Counted from the first letter of the stretch, positions 35,341-46,646 are shown. The stretch is 51,436 nt of DNA from a virus (IMGVR_UViG_3300047189_000007:1-51436), one strand, 5' to 3'. Translations and numbers: made by a program. The notes: generated by a model from the sequence alone, not told the origin.

Positions 35341-36545
35341 CTGATATAATAAGAGAACAAAGTAAGTGGGCAAAGGAACGCACCAAGGTAATCACTGAAT
35401 ACATGGTGCAGAATAGAACTTTGTTCAATACAGTAGCTGGCAGAGGATTTACTGGAATCCCTGGCTTCTTGTATGATATGCAGAATGAGATAGAACTTGG
35501 AATCAAGTTCAAACTGTCTGATGCAAACACTGCAATTCTCACAGAAACGATTGAGAGAGAGTTAAAGGCCGCAGGTATCTTCTATGACCTTGCATTTAAG
35601 GCTGCTCAATTGGAGTGGGAACTTTCTAAGCAGGATCTTCTTGGAGATTGGGAGTTAGAATACTCTGGTATAAAACAGGGCCTGTCAAATACAGAGGAGT
35701 CTCTTATCAGAGCAGAGATTGCTGTGCAAGCAAGACAGGCTATCCTTATTACCATGAAGACAGCTATTGAGGTAGAGGCTGAAGGATATCGTAAGCAAAT
35801 AGCTGATCTCGCTGATGACTCTGCTGATTATGAAGTAACTCTTGCACAAAAGAAGATGCTTACTGCGAATAAGAAGTTAGAGATGCTTCCTGTTCTCAAT
35901 CAGATTATCTCAGCAGAGACTTCTCTTATAGCAGCAGAGCAAGGAAAGATTGCAAAGGAGACTGCTCTTGTTGCGAAGTTACAAGAAGTTGCAGCAAAGA
36001 AACAGGAACTAATTCCTTTGTTTGCTGCCCTTGTAGCACAAATGACTTTACTGGCAACTGCCCTTACTGCGCAGACAGGATTCTTGATTCAAGTAATGGG
36101 GCAAAAACTTTTGATTGCTGAAGCAGATTATAATAAGGCTGTTGAAGCATTGACTCGTGCAGCTACACTGCTTGAAATAGAAGATGTAAAGACAACGATT
36201 GAAGGACTTAAGATTAACATCGATAGGATCAAACAGGAGGCAGAAAATGAACTCCTTGTAAAGGAAGCGCAATCTGTTAGATCCGTATCTAGTTCTGAAG
36301 AAAGTAATGCTTACCAAACAAATCAGGATAATAGAGCAACTGGACAGGCAGTTGTGGCTACTAAGCTTGATAGTATTAGCGCTGATAGGTCTAGCAGAGT
36401 AGCTAAAATTAATCACGTTGGTGATTCAGATGTGGCGCGTATTACGCTGGAGTCTGCAAATAGAGATGCTACTGTACGCGAAACTGCTGACATATCTGCG
36501 ATTACTAATGTGACAGCGCAACTAGCACACTTACTATCTATGTAA
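35337..36545 (+). CDS. Coiled-coil virion protein
   Basis: Long heptad-rich helix; structural arm. Confidence 0.55.
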   Translation: MTDIIREQSKWAKERTKVITEYMVQNRTLFNTVAGRGFTGIPGFLYDMQNEIELGIKFKLSDANTAILTETIERELKAAGIFYDLAFKAAQLEWELSKQDLLGDWELEYSGIKQGLSNTEESLIRAEIAVQARQAILITMKTAIEVEAEGYRKQIADLADDSADYEVTLAQKKMLTANKKLEMLPVLNQIISAETSLIAAEQGKIAKETALVAKLQEVAAKKQELIPLFAALVAQMTLLATALTAQTGFLIQVMGQKLLIAEADYNKAVEALTRAATLLEIEDVKTTIEGLKINIDRIKQEAENELLVKEAQSVRSVSSSEESNAYQTNQDNRATGQAVVATKLDSISADRSSRVAKINHVGDSDVARITLESANRDATVRETADISAITNVTAQLAHLLSM

Positions 36546-36570
36546 TCAATGTCAATTTTTGACATCGATG
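36544..36570. repeat. Dispersed palindrome, copy 8 (at a stop codon)
   Basis: AATCAATGTCA ATTTT TGACATCGATG. Confidence 0.9.
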
Positions 36571-36583
36571 AGAGGATACGAGA

Positions 36584-37741
36584 ATGTCAATTGAAGCAAT
36601 TAATAGAAGTCAAATAAGAGAGGCCAGAATATGGAGTCAGTTCTACGAGGCTGCGTTTGTACAAGCTCAGGTAGATGAGAGAACTATAATATTCGGGCTG
36701 TATGCATCCTCGTATAAGAATACTGCCAACTATCTCAGTGATATTGAAGCCTTTGAGTTAGACAATCTTCTTAATGACTATAATATAAAGATTGATGGTC
36801 TAACTACTGATGAGCAAGTTCTTATTAATCAGATTGTTGTAAAGAGATATCTTGCAGATGTAGAAGCAGCTATTCATGCAGATAAGATGATCTCTTTCCA
36901 GAATAAGATTGATAGCGAATCAGCAGAGATGGACGCAAAGATTGCTGCTCTTGCTGCAGACAGAGCCGCATTACTGACACTACAGTCTCGACTTGCAGCA
37001 GAAATAAAAACAATAGCTGCGCGTATACAAGTACTACAGGCAGAGATTGCACTTGAGGCAGTTAATCTAGCTCTTGCTGATATGGCCGTACACGAGAAGG
37101 AGATTCAGCTTGCTGAGACGAATCTTAGAATCCTTCGTGTAGCGAATGAAGTTCTTCGTATTCAGTTACAGATTGTTGAGGCTGGTATTGATCTACTTGA
37201 AGTGGATATGCGGAAAGAGGAGACAAAGATTCGTACTGAGCAGACGAAGATAGATACTATCCGTGCTGGCTTTACAGAGAAGGAACTTGAGATTGCACAG
37301 AAGCATGTGTTAATTGCTGGGCAAGAAGTTATCTTAGCAACGAAAGAGACTGAGATAACTGGTAAGAAGTTAGTTCAAGCGAATGCAGAATCATCTTATC
37401 TGATGGGCAAGCAGACTGCTGAAGCAATTAACAAAGCAAATAAGCTTGACCTACTTGCTGCTCGTCGTGATGCGTCTATTGATGCGGCTGATAATCACCT
37501 TGAGGCAACAAAGGTTAGTAATGAGAACAGGATAAGTATGGCAGATGCGGAAAGAACTGGTGTTGATGCTGACATTGAAGTTCGTGATATAACAGCAGTA
37601 ACACAAGAACTTGTAAATGATACTCATGGAGAAGCATCTACACTGGCATACCAAGCTGCTATATACTCAGCTACTAAGTTAGCAAAGGTGAATGTCATCT
37701 CTACACTAACGCATACTGTTGGAGCAGTTTCAAGTCCATAA
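36584..37741 (+). CDS. Coiled-coil virion protein, possible paralog of 35337-36545
   Basis: Similar size and composition; similar C-termini (NVTAQLAH vs NVISTLTH). Confidence 0.55.
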   Translation: MSIEAINRSQIREARIWSQFYEAAFVQAQVDERTIIFGLYASSYKNTANYLSDIEAFELDNLLNDYNIKIDGLTTDEQVLINQIVVKRYLADVEAAIHADKMISFQNKIDSESAEMDAKIAALAADRAALLTLQSRLAAEIKTIAARIQVLQAEIALEAVNLALADMAVHEKEIQLAETNLRILRVANEVLRIQLQIVEAGIDLLEVDMRKEETKIRTEQTKIDTIRAGFTEKELEIAQKHVLIAGQEVILATKETEITGKKLVQANAESSYLMGKQTAEAINKANKLDLLAARRDASIDAADNHLEATKVSNENRISMADAERTGVDADIEVRDITAVTQELVNDTHGEASTLAYQAAIYSATKLAKVNVISTLTHTVGAVSSP

Positions 37742-37742
37742 G

Positions 37743-39050
37743 ATGAAAGTCGAAGACTTACTAGCTTCGCTGAAGGGTATAACAGGTAGTGGCCTTGCAC
37801 TCGAACAGTATGTTGCAAGGTTAAAGACAAAGCTTAATCTTACAATGGATCCAGGAGATTTTATATCTCCTCGTATTTCAATGGCTGCTCCAATAGCAGT
37901 TGATTTATGGTATCTCTTTAACCATGTTAATATGCTGACATATGTGGAAGCAATAGATCCTGATGCAGCATTTGAAGATAGACTCTCGTTCTTTGCAAGT
38001 AAACTTGGTGGGATGAGAGCAATGAAAGGAATTCAATCTCCTGGTGAAGTGACACAGGAGTGGATTGAAAACGAAGTAGGATCATTTCCTGTATGGATAA
38101 ACGCTGCAAGATCATGGATTCAATTGATGGCGTTTGAGATACTGTTTCATGGTCAGGTGTTTCAGTATGATGCTGTTGGAGCAGTTCCTGAAAATACAGT
38201 AGGCTATGTTATGATTCCAATAGGGCAGGTTGGAGTCATGGAAGTCATGACATTAGTACAGGAGACATTAACTGAGGTTGATGAATTTGCGTTAGCAGAT
38301 GACGAACAGCCTAACATAGATATACCAGATCTGTTTCCTCCGAGGGAAGGATGGCAGAAAGGTAAATGCTATGGTAGGCATCTGCTAGAAGATCTTGGGT
38401 ATGTGATACCTGACATAGAAAAGGTTAAAGTTGTAAGAGAAGAAAGAAACGCTATTACCTTTACAATGGATGGGGATCTTAAAGTAGCTAGAACAACAAC
38501 TGCAGTAATTCCAATAGAGACTGCATACGGGAGAGGAAAGAACTCAGATGGATCAGATAACCCAGCACAACCTGGAAAATATGTACGGCCAAAGGGATGG
38601 CTTCGTATCTGGATTACAAGAGACGAGAAGTGGCCTGTTCCTGGAGAGTTTATTGGAATACTGTGCAAGCCAAGTCCTGTCCCACCGCATTGCTGGTGGT
38701 TTCAAGATAGTAGTCCATTCGTGTACGCAGGAAATTGGATGGATACTTTTGACTTAACATCTGGAGTTATTGTACAAAAGACAGCAGATGTTGGGCATCC
38801 TCAGAGTGGTGCGATCTGTACAATGTATAGAGTATTAGTTCACGGAGTCAGAGTTGATATCTATAGTTCTGACTACTGTGATTACACAGTTGGACAGAGG
38901 GTTGGAATATATAAGATGGGATCAAGATCAAGTGATCCATTACTGGTCTTTGATTTTACTGAACAACAAATGCAGGGTGATCCTACAGTAGGACCGATAG
39001 TCTCTACTGACTACATCATTATACCAATAGAGTTCTATAAGGAGGCTTAA
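37743..39050 (+). CDS. Hypothetical structural-arm protein
   Basis: Long ORF coupled to its neighbours. Confidence 0.65.
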   Translation: MKVEDLLASLKGITGSGLALEQYVARLKTKLNLTMDPGDFISPRISMAAPIAVDLWYLFNHVNMLTYVEAIDPDAAFEDRLSFFASKLGGMRAMKGIQSPGEVTQEWIENEVGSFPVWINAARSWIQLMAFEILFHGQVFQYDAVGAVPENTVGYVMIPIGQVGVMEVMTLVQETLTEVDEFALADDEQPNIDIPDLFPPREGWQKGKCYGRHLLEDLGYVIPDIEKVKVVREERNAITFTMDGDLKVARTTTAVIPIETAYGRGKNSDGSDNPAQPGKYVRPKGWLRIWITRDEKWPVPGEFIGILCKPSPVPPHCWWFQDSSPFVYAGNWMDTFDLTSGVIVQKTADVGHPQSGAICTMYRVLVHGVRVDIYSSDYCDYTVGQRVGIYKMGSRSSDPLLVFDFTEQQMQGDPTVGPIVSTDYIIIPIEFYKEA

Positions 39051-39051
39051 C

Positions 39052-39573
39052 ATGGCAGCATCACAGTATTCTCTAGATGACCTTATCGGTAGGGTATTAT
39101 CGGCAGCATCATCTGCCGGTGAGTTCAATCGGAGTTTTAAACTTGCCGATCTTGAACACAGAAAGAAGCTTGCAGAAATGCAGTATGGTTCTGGTAACTA
39201 TACTGATCGTGCTGCTGCAATGGAGCATGGTCCTCAAGGTTCATGGGACAGGAGGATCTCTGCTGATGCCCCAGGAAAGGCTTCAGTTGCAGCGCATTAT
39301 AATGCGTTGACCACAGGGGCTACTCAGTTGAACGAGTATGATAAGGGAATGATCCCTGATCGTAGGAGAGGTGAGATTGCAGCTCTCAATACTGGCATCC
39401 AGAAGGGAATAGACAGCTCAAGGATTGCCGGGCTTGCTCTTCCTAAGCCTGCGGAAGCTCCGTTTGATCCTTACTACCAACCATCATCTCCGGGATACAA
39501 CAGAGTTGAATTTCCGAAGCGTAAACCTAGTTTCTTGTTCAGTCCACTAGCTGAGTATCTTGGCGGTAGGTAA
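39052..39573 (+). CDS. Putative internal virion/ejection protein
   Basis: Position before the giant helical ORF; AAGGAGG RBS. Confidence 0.45.
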   Translation: MAASQYSLDDLIGRVLSAASSAGEFNRSFKLADLEHRKKLAEMQYGSGNYTDRAAAMEHGPQGSWDRRISADAPGKASVAAHYNALTTGATQLNEYDKGMIPDRRRGEIAALNTGIQKGIDSSRIAGLALPKPAEAPFDPYYQPSSPGYNRVEFPKRKPSFLFSPLAEYLGGR

Positions 39574-39587
39574 TAGGGAGGAATCAA

Positions 39588-42500
39588 ATGCCGTACTTCA
39601 GACCTAAAGACACTGGTCCTGACTTTGTAGATATGTTGCTGCAGAAGAAATACTCTTCAATGATGCAGCATGAAGATCTTAAGGATAAACTTCTTAATGA
39701 TCCCACCTATAGCGATCATGTACTTGCACGACTAAGTCGTTCGGCAATGACTGATAAAGCTGCGGCTAAAATGCCAGAGGGTGCGAGCTTTGAAAAGGCT
39801 ATGTCTGCTATTGATCAAGGTGATCCTCGTAAGTCAATGCTTATGCAACTACAGGCTGATATGCCTTCAATTATTAAGTCCAGTCCATACGGAGTCAATC
39901 CTTCTGAGACAATCATGAAGAGTGTCCAAGAGCGTTCTGGTGCATCAAAGGAAGAGATATACAAGTACATCCAGAAAAACTCTGGAATGTTTGGCAAGGA
40001 TGTTGCACCTGAAGCTGGGTATGAAGAGTGGGCAGGAAAGAATCCTGGCATGACAGGACCTGGAACAGCCTTTGCTATGGGCGCAGGTGGTCAGCTTGCA
40101 TCTGAAGGCATACAGAAATTTGCTGGATCTCGTATGATGACTGCACTACCCGCAGCAGCCAGAGTACTTGGAATGGTTGGAAGAGGTCTATCATTTGCTC
40201 CTCCTATTCCAGGAATTGGTATGGCAGCTAAACTTGTAGGTGCTGGCCTTATGACTATACCTGCAATGCTTGCAACTGATGTGGTGAAGAAAGCTGCTGC
40301 TGGTGCAGGTTATGAGTTTGGAGGTAGTGCTCCTAAGCAGCTACTTGAAGAGCTTATAACTGGTGCTCCTGGTTTTATCGGAGTCAACAAGCTTGCTGGA
40401 ATGGGAGTTGCCAAAGGTGCTGCGAAGCTTGCTTCATTGAAAGAGGGACTTAATATCTTTGGTGATAAGGCTGTGTCATCTGCTGCAACTAAGGGAGTGA
40501 GTCGGGAAGATATCACTGCTTTGAGTACAGCTATGCGAACAAAGGCAGAAGCAGAGGCCTTTAGTGTTGCTGAGCATGCAGCTAAGATAGAGAAGTTCAG
40601 TCAACCTACAATGGAAGATATGATTGCAATACAGGCGAATCCTGAGAAGCGAGTTGAGATTATCAAGGCTCGATTGCAAGCAAATCTTACTGAAGAGGTT
40701 GCTACTACGCAAGCAAATAAGGAGATGCTTGATAAGAGAATCATTGAGAGGGCTGACCAGCTCAGAGCAAATGATTCTACTGTATCTCCTGAAGATGCTG
40801 TGATCAGATCAAAGCGTTTGCTTTCTCCGTCTCAGATAGAGACCAATGCAGACACTGCTGTTATGCGTCAGCATGGAATGTCAGATGAGAGGATTGCTCA
40901 GTTTATGCCGGCAGAGCGCGCACAGTGGGCAGATGAGCTTAACAGGACAAGGGGTGGACAACTTGTTGCCAGAGAGAATCTGGATCATATGCTGCCTAAG
41001 CCTGTCCCTCCTGAGTCTATGCCTATCAGGAATACTCTTAAGCTACAGAGGGAAGCATCTGTCATTCGTGCTGAAGCACCTGAGCGACTTGGGTTACCTG
41101 CAACAGGTGAAGCTCCTCTTACAAGGACTATCGAGCAGAAACTTGGAGAAGCCTCCGGCAGGCTTCAGACAGCAGCAGAAGGTACTGGTGTAGTGGGGAA
41201 GATGACCACAAGCGGATCTGCAAATGAGAGTGTACTTGCAAGACTACAAGCACGAGCTCGCGGAGAAAAGGTTCCTACAACTGAGGCTCCTAAGACTTTT
41301 GCACAGCAAGCTAAGGAGCTCAATATTATATACAATGGCCCCCAGGAATGGCCACATAAACCTGGTACACCAAAGCGTCCTCCGATACAGTACTTTACTG
41401 ATAAGATTACAGGATCTACTTTTGGTGTAGAAGAGGGTGATGATATAGTTGCGAACTTAACAGACATGCGTAAGAAGTTTGGTGTTGTTGCAGATGTAAT
41501 CAAGACCAGCTCAGTAGCTCCGGCAGCAAAGGTTGAGCCAGTAGTAGCAAGCTTTGCTGATAGAGCTGCTCGCATTGTGCAAACTGTTGATGAAGAGCTT
41601 AAAGCAAGTGTAGCATCTATCAGCAAGCCAAGAGCACACATCGACAAGATTAATCTTGTTGTTGTTAAGGCTAAAGATGAGCTTACAATGCTTGCCAACA
41701 GGATGGATATTACTAAGAGCAAGCGAGAGTTCTATGACAAAGCAATAACGGAGCTTGATCGGAAGTTTAAAGATCCTACGGCTGGCTTGGAAGATGCAGC
41801 AAAGGTAATGCGAGATGAGGAGACTGGTGTTCTTGCTTCTACTAATACTCCTAAAGGTAGAGATGTTGCTAGAGATATGGCTGCCAACATGGACATGCTT
41901 GATGATGAAGCAAGAGCTACATTAGCTGCTGGAAAGAAAGCAGAATGGCAACAAATCTTTGGAAAGAAAGGTAAGGTAACAGCAGAGGATGTTAATGCTA
42001 ACAAAGAGAAGCTTCAGAAGTGGTATGATAAGTGGCAACCAATGAAGCAATTTGGTATTCCTGCCATAGCAGGTGCTGCTCTCATTCCAGTTGCCTCAAT
42101 GCTATCACCTGAGCAAGCAGAAGCTGCTCCGTTCAAAGGTACGTTTGTTACCTCTGGTGTGAAGAGTCTTATCGAAAGCTCTGGCAAAGCAGTTGAGGAA
42201 ATGACGCAGAAGTTTATTGATGCTGGTTTTGGTTCGATGAAGTTATCTGAGAACGGCCATACCATCGAGAGACTTATGGTTGGGAAGTCTTTTGCTCCTG
42301 CATCACCAGATGTGTTCGAGAAGACAAGACCCATGCGCTTCATTGATACACTGGCATCATATCACACTCGACAAGAACTGCATATGCGAGCACAATATGC
42401 AGATGGAACGAAGGCTCCTTATGGTATAGGCACTGAGCTTGGTGATAGGAGTCAGGTTATCCAGAACAATATCAGTGGTACATTGAAGGCTGTTACAAGT

Positions 42501-44477
42501 ATCCTGAAGGATAATGGTATCACTGGTGATCTTCAAGCCGTATCCGATGAGATGCTTCCTCTTGTACAGAAGTACCACAAGCAAGTTAACCTTGAGAATC
42601 CTTACTATCAAGGCAGATTGGCAATGCTAGAGCAGGTCTTGGAAGGTAAATATAGCAGCATTGCTGATACAAAGATGAGAGATCTCAGTAAGATGTTGAA
42701 GATAGCAGGAAAGGATGTGAGTAAACTTGCTCCGGAAGATAAGGCTTACTATGATCTTATCATGGGTGAGAAGCAGTCTATGATGGACAAGATAGCAGGA
42801 CTGAAGCCTGATATGGATGCTTTCAATACAGAGATTGATACTGTATATAAATCGCTTGCAGCTAAACATTCATCTTCCAGAGTAGCTCTTGCTGCAGATG
42901 GTGTTGGTATGACTGATGCTGATCCTTGGCTTCGGAATATGCTAGCTCCTAATGAGCGAATCGCCGTTGATGAGATCACTGCAATAAATCGCACCTATGG
43001 AGTGCGGATGCAAGAGACAGGACATGATGTCATAGCTGGTCCATACATGCATCATCCTGCACATCCATCTGTTGACTACAGTGCAGATCTAAAAGATCTT
43101 GAGAAGATTGCATCTGATGGTGCGGATGCCATGCGTCTAGTAAACTTCTTTCACAGACAGTCAGGAAGTAAGCTTATGATTCCTGATGTCGGATACGTGA
43201 TGGGTAAGTATGTACCTGATGCCGCAAAGCGTATTGAGATATCTGACATGTGGAAGATGGGCAAGGAAGGTGGATGGGATTTCATTCGTAAGCAGATGCA
43301 AGCAAGAGGTGGGTATGAAGGAGCTCTTAAGCTTATTGATGATGTGCGTACTGCTTTTGATCCCATCGATGTTGGCGGCAGCGCTAAGTGGATCAATCGT
43401 TATGCTGCTTTTGAAGTAGCAAGATTACTTACACTGAGTCCTTCAGTATCATTCAAACATGCACTGAAGTTGATGGGTAACTGGACAATCTTTCCTACAG
43501 AAGTAAGTGCCAAAGCAACAGGAGAGAATATGTCACTCTTTAACCGGCGCCTAGCGCAAGACTTAGCTGGTGAATCATTCAAGGGAAAGGATAATGTAGT
43601 AGATCTTGCGAGGGCTTACACCGATCAATCTCATATCTATGCAGCTGTGTCTGATATGGCTCCTTATGAGTTGCCTACAAACATATATGATAAGTTCATC
43701 ACCAAGTGGAACGAGGGCGGATCTGTACTGGTCAACGGTGTTGAGAGATGGGATAGAGGACAGACCTTCATCTCCGCTATGATGATGTCCCAGAAGAAAG
43801 GGATGACTCCTGATCAGGCACGCTTTGCCCTTATGGATTCAGTTCTGAAAGTAAACTTCCTCACAGGACCAAACAATCCCAAGTGGTTGAAAGATCCTAT
43901 GGTAAGAACGATGCTTCTGTTCCAGGGAACACCATTCAAGATCCTTGAACAGCGAGCCATGTTAGCTTATCAAGGTGGCAAGGATATTAAAGCAGCCGGA
44001 GTAGAATTACTCAGACAGCTTCGCGCGGATGTTAAGATAGGCGAGGAGAGATTCAAGTTCAACTTGTTGAAGGATGAGCTCACAAAGAGTAAGGATGTGT
44101 ATGGTACTGCCTACTCATCTCAACTTCTGAAGCAGATGATGGTACTTGGCACCGTGGTCTACACAGGTAAGACTGTATTTGACTCAGATCTATGGGGTCA
44201 TGCCTTCCATGTACCAGGTATAAAGATGGGTGAGAAGGGAGCACAGTTAGGATTCAATCCAATCGTTGCTTCTACTTGGCAGACATTGTCTGGTGGGAAT
44301 AAGAAAGATGATGACGAGTTTTGGATGTCAAGATTCCTTGGTAGTTGGTTAACAGGAGGAGGGACTCCAGCCATTGTGAACAAGATGCTCAGACTTAACA
44401 ATGATGATGTTCCTGAGATATACAAAGAGAACAAACTTAACTACCTATTTGGAGTGCCAAAGACCAAGGATAAGTAA
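39588..44477 (+). CDS. Large internal virion/DNA ejection protein (1629 aa)
   Basis: Last gene of the structural arm, Ala/Gly-rich hydrophobic segments, helical; typical podovirus position. Confidence 0.6.
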   Translation: MPYFRPKDTGPDFVDMLLQKKYSSMMQHEDLKDKLLNDPTYSDHVLARLSRSAMTDKAAAKMPEGASFEKAMSAIDQGDPRKSMLMQLQADMPSIIKSSPYGVNPSETIMKSVQERSGASKEEIYKYIQKNSGMFGKDVAPEAGYEEWAGKNPGMTGPGTAFAMGAGGQLASEGIQKFAGSRMMTALPAAARVLGMVGRGLSFAPPIPGIGMAAKLVGAGLMTIPAMLATDVVKKAAAGAGYEFGGSAPKQLLEELITGAPGFIGVNKLAGMGVAKGAAKLASLKEGLNIFGDKAVSSAATKGVSREDITALSTAMRTKAEAEAFSVAEHAAKIEKFSQPTMEDMIAIQANPEKRVEIIKARLQANLTEEVATTQANKEMLDKRIIERADQLRANDSTVSPEDAVIRSKRLLSPSQIETNADTAVMRQHGMSDERIAQFMPAERAQWADELNRTRGGQLVARENLDHMLPKPVPPESMPIRNTLKLQREASVIRAEAPERLGLPATGEAPLTRTIEQKLGEASGRLQTAAEGTGVVGKMTTSGSANESVLARLQARARGEKVPTTEAPKTFAQQAKELNIIYNGPQEWPHKPGTPKRPPIQYFTDKITGSTFGVEEGDDIVANLTDMRKKFGVVADVIKTSSVAPAAKVEPVVASFADRAARIVQTVDEELKASVASISKPRAHIDKINLVVVKAKDELTMLANRMDITKSKREFYDKAITELDRKFKDPTAGLEDAAKVMRDEETGVLASTNTPKGRDVARDMAANMDMLDDEARATLAAGKKAEWQQIFGKKGKVTAEDVNANKEKLQKWYDKWQPMKQFGIPAIAGAALIPVASMLSPEQAEAAPFKGTFVTSGVKSLIESSGKAVEEMTQKFIDAGFGSMKLSENGHTIERLMVGKSFAPASPDVFEKTRPMRFIDTLASYHTRQELHMRAQYADGTKAPYGIGTELGDRSQVIQNNISGTLKAVTSILKDNGITGDLQAVSDEMLPLVQKYHKQVNLENPYYQGRLAMLEQVLEGKYSSIADTKMRDLSKMLKIAGKDVSKLAPEDKAYYDLIMGEKQSMMDKIAGLKPDMDAFNTEIDTVYKSLAAKHSSSRVALAADGVGMTDADPWLRNMLAPNERIAVDEITAINRTYGVRMQETGHDVIAGPYMHHPAHPSVDYSADLKDLEKIASDGADAMRLVNFFHRQSGSKLMIPDVGYVMGKYVPDAAKRIEISDMWKMGKEGGWDFIRKQMQARGGYEGALKLIDDVRTAFDPIDVGGSAKWINRYAAFEVARLLTLSPSVSFKHALKLMGNWTIFPTEVSAKATGENMSLFNRRLAQDLAGESFKGKDNVVDLARAYTDQSHIYAAVSDMAPYELPTNIYDKFITKWNEGGSVLVNGVERWDRGQTFISAMMMSQKKGMTPDQARFALMDSVLKVNFLTGPNNPKWLKDPMVRTMLLFQGTPFKILEQRAMLAYQGGKDIKAAGVELLRQLRADVKIGEERFKFNLLKDELTKSKDVYGTAYSSQLLKQMMVLGTVVYTGKTVFDSDLWGHAFHVPGIKMGEKGAQLGFNPIVASTWQTLSGGNKKDDDEFWMSRFLGSWLTGGGTPAIVNKMLRLNNDDVPEIYKENKLNYLFGVPKTKDK

Positions 44478-44479
44478 TG

Positions 44480-44504
44480 CATCAATGTCATTTTTTGACA
44501 TTGC
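44480..44504. repeat. Dispersed palindrome, copy 9 (convergence point of the two arms)
   Basis: CATCAATGTCA TTTTT TGACATTGC. Confidence 0.9.
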
Positions 44505-44739
44505 TGTATAGCGCAAGTACATGAGGTTCAAGTATCTTCCAGTAGCCTACCATATCAGCACGGTGTTTCGAGATGCAACTCACTCTACTCGTCCAAGTGA
44601 GTTGCATCTCGATAACATATTCTGCGAATGCCTCAGGAGATAGATCCTTCCCTGTTAGCTCTGCAAAGAGCATGGGATTTTTACTGAAGAAGCAATAGGC
44701 TTGTACAGCATTTCCTCTGTTACAATCAGCGCATTTCAT
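44488..44739 (-). CDS. Hypothetical Cys-containing protein
   Basis: MKCADC start in ATGA overlap. Confidence 0.6.
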   Translation of the reverse strand: MKCADCNRGNAVQAYCFFSKNPMLFAELTGKDLSPEAFAEYVIEMQLTWTSRVSCISKHRADMVGYWKILEPHVLALYSNVKK

Positions 44740-45188
44740 CAGAGTGCCTTTATGGCCTCTTGCCATGTAGGATAGAATTCAATCTGTGGTAACCAGTGAA
44801 AGATGTTCTCTTTATAGCCTACTACTATAGGACGCTTGTTAAGCACAAGTGCCATTCCAAACTCTACATGCCTTCCTCCTCTTGTAGAAGTAGAGTCAGG
44901 TGGCTCCGTAAAGTTCATCATTATGTCACACATGATGACATCATTCCAGTCATCAAGTGCAAACTTCTCTCGCAGTGCAGCATTTTCTTCACTTGCAATG
45001 CCTATGTCCTTGCACTCGACAAGTGCTACTCCGTCATCTCCAAGACACAGGCCATTAGGTGCCACTTGATGGGCGCCGGACAGCCACTTTGCAGCAACAA
45101 CATAGTTATCAATCTGGTTGATTATACGAGCATATTCCACCATCTCTTCTCGCCTGTCATATCTCGCTGCTAAATATACTCTCTTCAT
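44739..45188 (-). CDS. Nucleoside 2-deoxyribosyltransferase-like protein
   Basis: VYLAA, D..DV..CD and GG.HVEFGMA motifs. Confidence 0.75.
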   Translation of the reverse strand: MKRVYLAARYDRREEMVEYARIINQIDNYVVAAKWLSGAHQVAPNGLCLGDDGVALVECKDIGIASEENAALREKFALDDWNDVIMCDIMMNFTEPPDSTSTRGGRHVEFGMALVLNKRPIVVGYKENIFHWLPQIEFYPTWQEAIKAL

Positions 45189-46093
45189 TTCACATTCTCC
45201 CTTGCTGGAAATCCCTTAAAGATTGGTTGTCGAGGTCCGTCTATGGAGCCGTATCGTTGGTACTTGAATGATACAGTACTTCCCAAAAACGATGGGCGAT
45301 TATCCCAGATGACCTGCCGTAGTTTCTCTGTCAGCCCGATGCCTGTTCCCAGGCGAAACTCATCAGACCATAGGTCAGACTTTATTACGAAGGCTCCGAG
45401 AGTATCCTTGCCGACCTTACCATCTTGATGTGATGATCGCTTCATGAGACCCATCGCATCTTCGATAGCCTCGTTGTCATTACGCTGGGCTTCAATGAAG
45501 TCAGTGATTACTCCTTCTGCATCAGCAATAGGTTTTCTCTTGTAGATGTATCCCTCGTTGAATGTAGATCTGCCTTCTTTGTAAGTAGCTTCAAGAGAGC
45601 GAATCATTATTCCCTCGTAGCCATTCTTTACTGCAGATTCCTCGAAGCCTATGACTTCGTCAGCATTGCTTAGCATCGGCTGGCCAAGAACTATTACTCT
45701 GTTAAGAGGAGTATAAAGATGTGACTTCAACATCCATCTCCTCATATACGATGCTTCTTTGTCAGCGAAGTTATCGAAGACATAGAATCGGAAGTCTGGT
45801 GTTGCGTTGTATCTACGCAGTGGACCTGATGTTCTGTGGAATACATCATCTCCATATGGAGTACCAACTATCAACTCTCCATCCAGTCCATCGTAGGCAG
45901 AGTTATAAAGAATACTCTGGACATACTCATTCACTATGGGTTTCATAGATGAGGTAAGTGCACCTCCTTTTACGAGGCTTACACAGCATCTGAATCCATC
46001 CAGTTTAAATGAGCCGACCAGAGGATACTTAAGCTTTCGCAGTTGCTCATCCGTGATACTTTCAGATGGTGCTTTCATTGGTCGCTTAATCAT
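45185..46093 (-). CDS. ATP-dependent DNA ligase
   Basis: Motif I KLDGFR, LDGEL, FYVFD, EGIMIR; C-terminal OB fold. Confidence 0.92.
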   Translation of the reverse strand: MIKRPMKAPSESITDEQLRKLKYPLVGSFKLDGFRCCVSLVKGGALTSSMKPIVNEYVQSILYNSAYDGLDGELIVGTPYGDDVFHRTSGPLRRYNATPDFRFYVFDNFADKEASYMRRWMLKSHLYTPLNRVIVLGQPMLSNADEVIGFEESAVKNGYEGIMIRSLEATYKEGRSTFNEGYIYKRKPIADAEGVITDFIEAQRNDNEAIEDAMGLMKRSSHQDGKVGKDTLGAFVIKSDLWSDEFRLGTGIGLTEKLRQVIWDNRPSFLGSTVSFKYQRYGSIDGPRQPIFKGFPARENVK

Positions 46094-46646
46094 GTTGCAC
46101 CGCTGGAGGAAGAAACTCTGGATGCTCCAGATAATCTCTTAAGTAAGGAACAAGTGCTTTGCTCCATCCCGGTTGTCTGTGATTATATCGTTGCTGTACT
46201 ATATTTCTGAGTGTCTTGTAGCTACATACCCAGATCCGTCTCTGCATGAAGCCTTCAGGTAAGGCATTCTTCAATATCATAAGATCCTCATTACTCTTGG
46301 TTTCTTGATACTGATGCACATAGAGATTTAACAGACCAAGATACTCATCACTGATTGGCATTTCGAAGTCACCTTGTTCCAGATTCCCTTTATGGATCGT
46401 ATGCATTGTTGACTCCGATTGCTTTGTAGCAATACGATATGTATCTGCTTCTTGCCACCAATGCCGAGGAGCATTTACATTAAGCCATACAATCATAGCT
46501 TCCAAAAACTTATTGTGTCCTCCATCCTTCTGGGAAAGAGCAGGTGCAATTACTTTTGCCCTGTCTGTTGTGACTCCGTGGGATAAAGACAATCCTGTCA
46601 TTGCTTCGTTATAGCCAGCCTCTTTCATGATGTAAACTTCTAGCAT
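46086..46646 (-). CDS. ThyX (flavin-dependent thymidylate synthase)-like protein
   Basis: H.KFLE, APRHWWQEADTYR, SESTMH, LPEG, R.NHR..W; canonical RHR motif absent. Confidence 0.6.
   Translation of the reverse strand: MLEVYIMKEAGYNEAMTGLSLSHGVTTDRAKVIAPALSQKDGGHNKFLEAMIVWLNVNAPRHWWQEADTYRIATKQSESTMHTIHKGNLEQGDFEMPISDEYLGLLNLYVHQYQETKSNEDLMILKNALPEGFMQRRIWVCSYKTLRNIVQQRYNHRQPGWSKALVPYLRDYLEHPEFLPPAVQHD

Noticed and set aside
39588-44477. Virion RNA polymerase as in N4
   Set aside because: Much shorter than N4 vRNAP and no polymerase motifs recognised
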